From assembly GCA_977020255.1 (NCBI GenBank), contig CDROCS010003917.1, positions 1 to 64,000 on the forward strand: DNA of 64,000 nt, written 5' to 3'. The notes under the pieces are model-generated. The model did no database searches. It was not told the origin of the DNA and saw nothing but the letters and a program-made list of their open reading frames with translations. The position numbers and the translations under genes are program-made. Position 1 is the stretch's first letter, and every line of letters begins with the position of its first letter. This DNA is from Obrimoposthia wandeli (lineage: Eukaryota). Shown one piece after another: positions 63,445 to 64,000 of the stretch.

Positions 63445-64000
63445 ATTGAGAGTAATAAAGTCAATAAGTGAGCGCACCCGCGCACTTTGGTGCTGACGAC
63501 TCGCGTAAACGACATAAATGTCCACTGATTCATTATCATACTGCGTCAGTATTTTTTGCAGATTTCCGGTTTTAATATGCTCATGAACAATAAATTCAGG
63601 AACGCGGGTAATACCTAAGTTATCTAAAGCAAAGCCTAGTTGAATTTCACCATTATTAGTGGTGAAATTCGAGTCAACTTCTACATTATATTTTTGACCA
63701 TCCTTAGAAAAGCGCCAGTTATTTTTATTAGCAGCGTAGGCGTAGCAAATACAATTATGCTTTGCAAGCTGTTGAGGATGGATGATTTTTTCATATTGCT
63801 CAAGATATTGGGGGGAAGCGACAGTAACAATATTTGAAGTGGCCACCTTACGAGCAATCAAACTAGAATCTTCCATTTTAGCGGTGATGCGAATCGCGAG
63901 ATCGAAACCTTCACTGACTAAATCGACCTTGCGATCCGATAAATCTAAATCCAACTTCACTTTCGGATAGTGCACCAAGTATTGGTTGAGCAAAGCGCGT
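63436..64000 (-). CDS. LysR-family regulator (CrgA-like substrate-binding domain), 5' end beyond the window
   Basis: YPKVKLDLDLSDRKVDLVSEGFDLAIR, VASPQYL, HNCICY, SARVRSLIDF. The frame is open to the window edge. Confidence 0.88.
   Translation of the reverse strand, partial: RALLNQYLVHYPKVKLDLDLSDRKVDLVSEGFDLAIRITAKMEDSSLIARKVATSNIVTVASPQYLEQYEKIIHPQQLAKHNCICYAYAANKNNWRFSKDGQKYNVEVDSNFTTNNGEIQLGFALDNLGITRVPEFIVHEHIKTGNLQKILTQYDNESVDIYVVYASRQHQSARVRSLIDFITLNLH

Overview
A core-genome housekeeping window from an AT-rich gammaproteobacterium. Gene order and proteins are Pseudomonas/Oceanospirillales-like; the taxonomy is my inference. It carries the classic blocks glnD-map / rpsB-tsf-pyrH-frr-uppS-cdsA-rseP-bamA-lpxD-fabZ-lpxA-lpxB-rnhB-dnaE-accA-tilS-pyrG-eno-ftsB-truD-surE-pcm-DUF368-nlpD, then APH/AAA kinase-mrcB-lpoP-like, hemL, ClC-erpA-anmK-M23-tyrS and ndk-rlmN-pilW-rodZ-hisS-yfgM-bamB-der. 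It ends in a small accessory patch (tautomerase-DMT-LysR, AraC-LysE, partial LysR). I found no rRNA, tRNA, CRISPR array, prophage, intein, defence island or transposase. The most informative signal is absence. All four MEP isoprenoid genes normally found in these blocks (dxr, ispD, ispF, ispG) are missing from three separate loci, leaving tight junctions, while uppS is kept; this predicts a mevalonate pathway or isoprenoid uptake elsewhere. skp, rpoS, kdsA and argC are also absent from their usual slots. Other observations: a DUF368 undecaprenyl-phosphate translocase in the slot where DedA/YqaA is often found, a 112-bp IS200/IS605-end-like palindromic element, an M23 endopeptidase with a duplicated N-terminal LysM/OapA module, an IscR box at erpA, and an AraC gene whose last codons contain a 19-bp motif repeated upstream of the gene. 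malY, glnD and the essential rpsB, all within the first 9.6 kb, are broken by clustered indels that look like sequencing or assembly errors. I cannot support a wholly new multi-gene system from this sequence alone.
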